A stretch of DNA of 64,000 nucleotides from Clostridia bacterium (lineage in GTDB: Bacteria; Bacillota; Clostridia; Monoglobales; Monoglobaceae). Below the pieces are notes generated by a model that saw only the letters and a list, made by a program, of their open reading frames with translations, did no database searches and was not told the DNA's origin. Positions 61,653 to 64,000 of the stretch are shown here, in pieces. Numbering within the stretch: position 1 is the first letter of the stretch; every line of letters starts with the position of its first letter. A program made the translations under genes and the position numbers. The stretch lies in NCBI GenBank assembly GCA_045591035.1, contig JAZNSG010000027.1, positions 20,871 through 84,870 on the forward strand. Reading direction: 5' to 3'.

Positions 61653-63160
61653 TACTTAACAGGAGCAACATTCTTGTCCTTAAGCACAACATCGTGGGCA
61701 CCGCCCTCGATAATACTTGTTGCCGAAACAAGAGTAATTTTTGCATTCTTCTGGAGTTCCGGAATACTGAGAACACCACAGTTACACATTGTAGACTTCA
61801 CCTTGTTAAGAGTCATGGCAACATTATCCTTTAGGCTTCCGGCATACGGAACGTAAGAATCCACGCCCTCTTCAAAGGAAAGTTTCTGAGCGCCACCCAT
61901 ATCGTATCTCTGCCAGTTTCTTGCACGGGCAGAACCTTCGCCCCAATACTCCTTCATATAGTTTCCGTTAACAATGACCTTGTTCGAAGGGCTTTCATCA
62001 AAACGAGCAAAATATCTGCCAAGCATAACGAAATCTGAACCCATAGCAAGAGCAAGTGTTATATGATAATCATGAACTATACCGCCATCAGAGCAAATAG
62101 GAATATAAATACCCGTCTTTTCAAAATACTCATCTCTGGCAGCAGCAACCTCCTGAACAGCAGTTGCTTGTCCTCTGCCGATACCTTTTTGTTCACGTGT
62201 AATACAGATTGAACCACCGCCAATACCGATTTTTATAAAGTCAGCACCAGCTTCCGCCAGGAACATAAAGCCTTCACGGTCAACTACGTTACCCGCACCG
62301 ACTTTTACACTATCACCATATTTTTCACGGATAAATTTAATGGTTTTGAGCTGCCATTCCGAAAATCCCTCGGAAGAGTCAATACAAAGAACATCCGCTC
62401 CCGCCTCAAGAAGTGCAGGAACGCGCTCAGCATAGTCTCTGGTGTTTATACCGGCACCAACAACATACCTTTTTGAGCTGTCAAGAAGCTCATCCGGATT
62501 CTCCTTATGTGCATCATAGTCTTTTCTGAAAACAAATGCCACAAGTCTTTGTTTGCTGTCAACAATCGGCAGTGAATTGAGCTTGTTATCCCAAATTATA
62601 TCATTCGCAGTCTTCAGGCTTGTACCCTCAGGAGCATAAATTAATTTTGAAAATGGCGTCATAAATTCTTCGACCTTTGTTGCAGGGTCCATACGACTTA
62701 CACGATAATCTCTGGGTGTAACTATACCCAAAAGAACGCCTTCCGCGGTACCATCTTCAGTAACAGCTACAGTATTGTGTCCTGTTCTGTCTCTGAGTTC
62801 AATCAAGTCCGCCAAGGTTTGGTCAGGTCTTATATTAGAGTCACTGGCTACAAAACCTGCTTTATGGTTTTTAACTCTTCTTACCATTGCAGCTTCATCT
62901 TCAATAGACTGTGAGCCATATATAAACGCAACTCCGCCCTCTTTAGCAAGAGCAATAGCCAATTTCTCCCCTGAAACTGCCTGCATAATTGAAGATACCA
63001 TAGGTATATTCATTGAAATCTCAGGTTCCTCACCTTTTTTAAATTTAACAAGGGGAGTTTTTAGACTTACATTAGAAGTCATACATTCTGATGAAGAATA
63101 GCCGGGAACTAAAAGATATTCGCTGAAAGTATGTGAAGGTTCGCTAAAATAATACGCCAT
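61652..63160 (-). CDS. guaB: IMP dehydrogenase
   Basis: About 502 aa; CBS pair insert, catalytic loop [23 protein letters not shown] 63160 lies 8 nt after AGGAGA. Confidence 0.92.
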   Translation of the reverse strand: MAYYFSEPSHTFSEYLLVPGYSSSECMTSNVSLKTPLVKFKKGEEPEISMNIPMVSSIMQAVSGEKLAIALAKEGGVAFIYGSQSIEDEAAMVRRVKNHKAGFVASDSNIRPDQTLADLIELRDRTGHNTVAVTEDGTAEGVLLGIVTPRDYRVSRMDPATKVEEFMTPFSKLIYAPEGTSLKTANDIIWDNKLNSLPIVDSKQRLVAFVFRKDYDAHKENPDELLDSSKRYVVGAGINTRDYAERVPALLEAGADVLCIDSSEGFSEWQLKTIKFIREKYGDSVKVGAGNVVDREGFMFLAEAGADFIKIGIGGGSICITREQKGIGRGQATAVQEVAAARDEYFEKTGIYIPICSDGGIVHDYHITLALAMGSDFVMLGRYFARFDESPSNKVIVNGNYMKEYWGEGSARARNWQRYDMGGAQKLSFEEGVDSYVPYAGSLKDNVAMTLNKVKSTMCNCGVLSIPELQKNAKITLVSATSIIEGGAHDVVLKDKNVAPVK

Positions 63161-63265
63161 AATCAAATTCTCCTATCTGTATTTATGTTGTTATCAAAAC
63201 ATTATACACCACTTTTATGCAAAAATCAAGTAAAAAAGCTTTCTTTTTTAACTTGCGACAAAAAA

Positions 63266-64000
63266 TCAGTCATCAAGACATCCATATGCAACATTTCGTA
63301 TTCTAGCCTTAACAATCGGTCCCTGTGAGTTCATCATATGCTGTGCATAAAATATGAATATTTCGTTATCGGGGTCAATAACCGCAAGAGAACCGGCAGC
63401 GCCATCCCAGCCAAATTCACCTGCATTCCCAACAGTTCCGCCATTGGCAATATTGACCATTGTACGAACGCCCAGCCCATATCCGTATCCGGCAAGATGT
63501 GGCCAGGTAAATCCCGCAATATTCCGGGGAGCCATCTGGTCCTGACGCATTAGATTTACACTACCCTTCGAAAGTATTCTTTCGCCATTACTGCCCTTTC
63601 CAAAATTGGCAAGAGCCACACCAAATTTCGCATAATCCTCTGATCTGATAACAAGTCCCGCTCCGCCACTCTCGTAGTTCTCACCCAGCTGATAGCCAAC
63701 ATTCTTGCCAATGTTTCTCCAATACCCATCGCCGCTTCCTGCGGGAATAAGATTTTCGCCTTCGCGTTTCTCTTCCTCAAAAACAAATTCATACTGCTGG
63801 GCAATTTTTTCTTTTGTTTTCTCGTCTCTGTTATATGTTAGTTCCGTAACGCCAAGTGGCCCAAAAATATTTTCTTTCACATACTCCCCAAACTTCTGCC
63901 CTGAAATCGCCTCGACAGCTGCCGCAAGTAAATCGTGACACATACTGTAAGCCCAACGTGTTCCCGGCTGGAAATCAAGAATATCCTCAGCCATACACTT
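63266..64000 (-). CDS. serine hydrolase (beta-lactamase / PBP4-like family), C-terminal part; N-terminus beyond window end
   Basis: ...FQPGTRWAYSMCHDLLAAAVEAISGQKFGEYVKENIFGPLG... is typical of class C beta-lactamase-fold esterases. The frame is open to position 64000. Confidence 0.75.
   Translation of the reverse strand, partial: KCMAEDILDFQPGTRWAYSMCHDLLAAAVEAISGQKFGEYVKENIFGPLGVTELTYNRDEKTKEKIAQQYEFVFEEEKREGENLIPAGSGDGYWRNIGKNVGYQLGENYESGGAGLVIRSEDYAKFGVALANFGKGSNGERILSKGSVNLMRQDQMAPRNIAGFTWPHLAGYGYGLGVRTMVNIANGGTVGNAGEFGWDGAAGSLAVIDPDNEIFIFYAQHMMNSQGPIVKARIRNVAYGCLDD

Noticed and set aside
1-64000. Antisense or shadow ORFs in the track, for example 4769..5389, 5977..6498, 9694..10425, 16339..16827, 17119..17796, 46810..47307, 49151..49600 and 50447..50980.
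   Set aside because: Each lies wholly inside a well-supported gene on the opposite strand. They have low-complexity or Ser/Leu/Phe-rich translations and no SD. They are treated as non-coding.
1-64000. CRISPR arrays, tRNA or rRNA genes, integrases, transposases and prophage modules.
   Set aside because: None was recognised on either strand. The only repeats found are those reported above: R1, R2, the DUF559-type ends, the octamer array and the coding 18-mers.

Overview
Everything here was read by eye, with no BLAST, HMM or folding runs. The window looks like a chromosomal segment of a low-GC Firmicute, probably a spore-forming member of the Clostridia. That inference rests on bofA, a SCIFF peptide system, NfnAB and an IspH-S1 fusion. 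About 55 genes are dense and mostly on the minus strand.

The bulk is housekeeping:
- translation and cell envelope: glyQS (partial), comEC-like, murD, ispH-rpsA fusion, plsC, cmk, ychF, proS
- metabolism and signalling: malQ, cdaA-cdaR, guaB, nfnAB, rex
- transport: copA, putP
- DNA transactions: topB, ruvX, ogg

No rRNA, tRNA, CRISPR array, integrase or transposase was recognised.

The parts worth a second look:
1. A SCIFF ranthipeptide precursor plus radical SAM maturase (42.7-44.35 kb). It has its own strong promoter and an intercistronic hairpin. A tightly packed PLP-decarboxylase/DUF2156/GNAT module follows it.
2. A mosaic, repeat-bounded accessory stretch (about 29.9-39.7 kb). It holds an AAC(3)-like gene, a DUF559 endonuclease cassette with 15-bp terminal inverted repeats, an ORF-less hairpin element with related ends, several shared 27-52 nt repeats and AT-rich orphan genes. 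It also carries a truncated inositol-type catabolic cluster (iolA-iolC-iolJ plus a UxaB-like dehydrogenase and IclR).
3. A 636-bp non-coding region (57.66-58.29 kb) between an orphan Avd-like four-helix-bundle gene and rex. It contains eight copies of TGCGATAT in two convergent arrays, a perfect 12-bp palindrome over a strong promoter, and two perfect DnaA boxes.
4. A promoter-driven, hairpin-dense non-coding stretch (39.35-39.61 kb) that may be an unclassified structured RNA.
5. An SbcCD-like nuclease/ATPase pair whose coiled-coil apex is replaced by two hydrophobic helices. It is translationally coupled to a small radical SAM gene.

I did not find a clearly new multi-gene system. The candidates above are ranked by interest and each comes with an explicit test.
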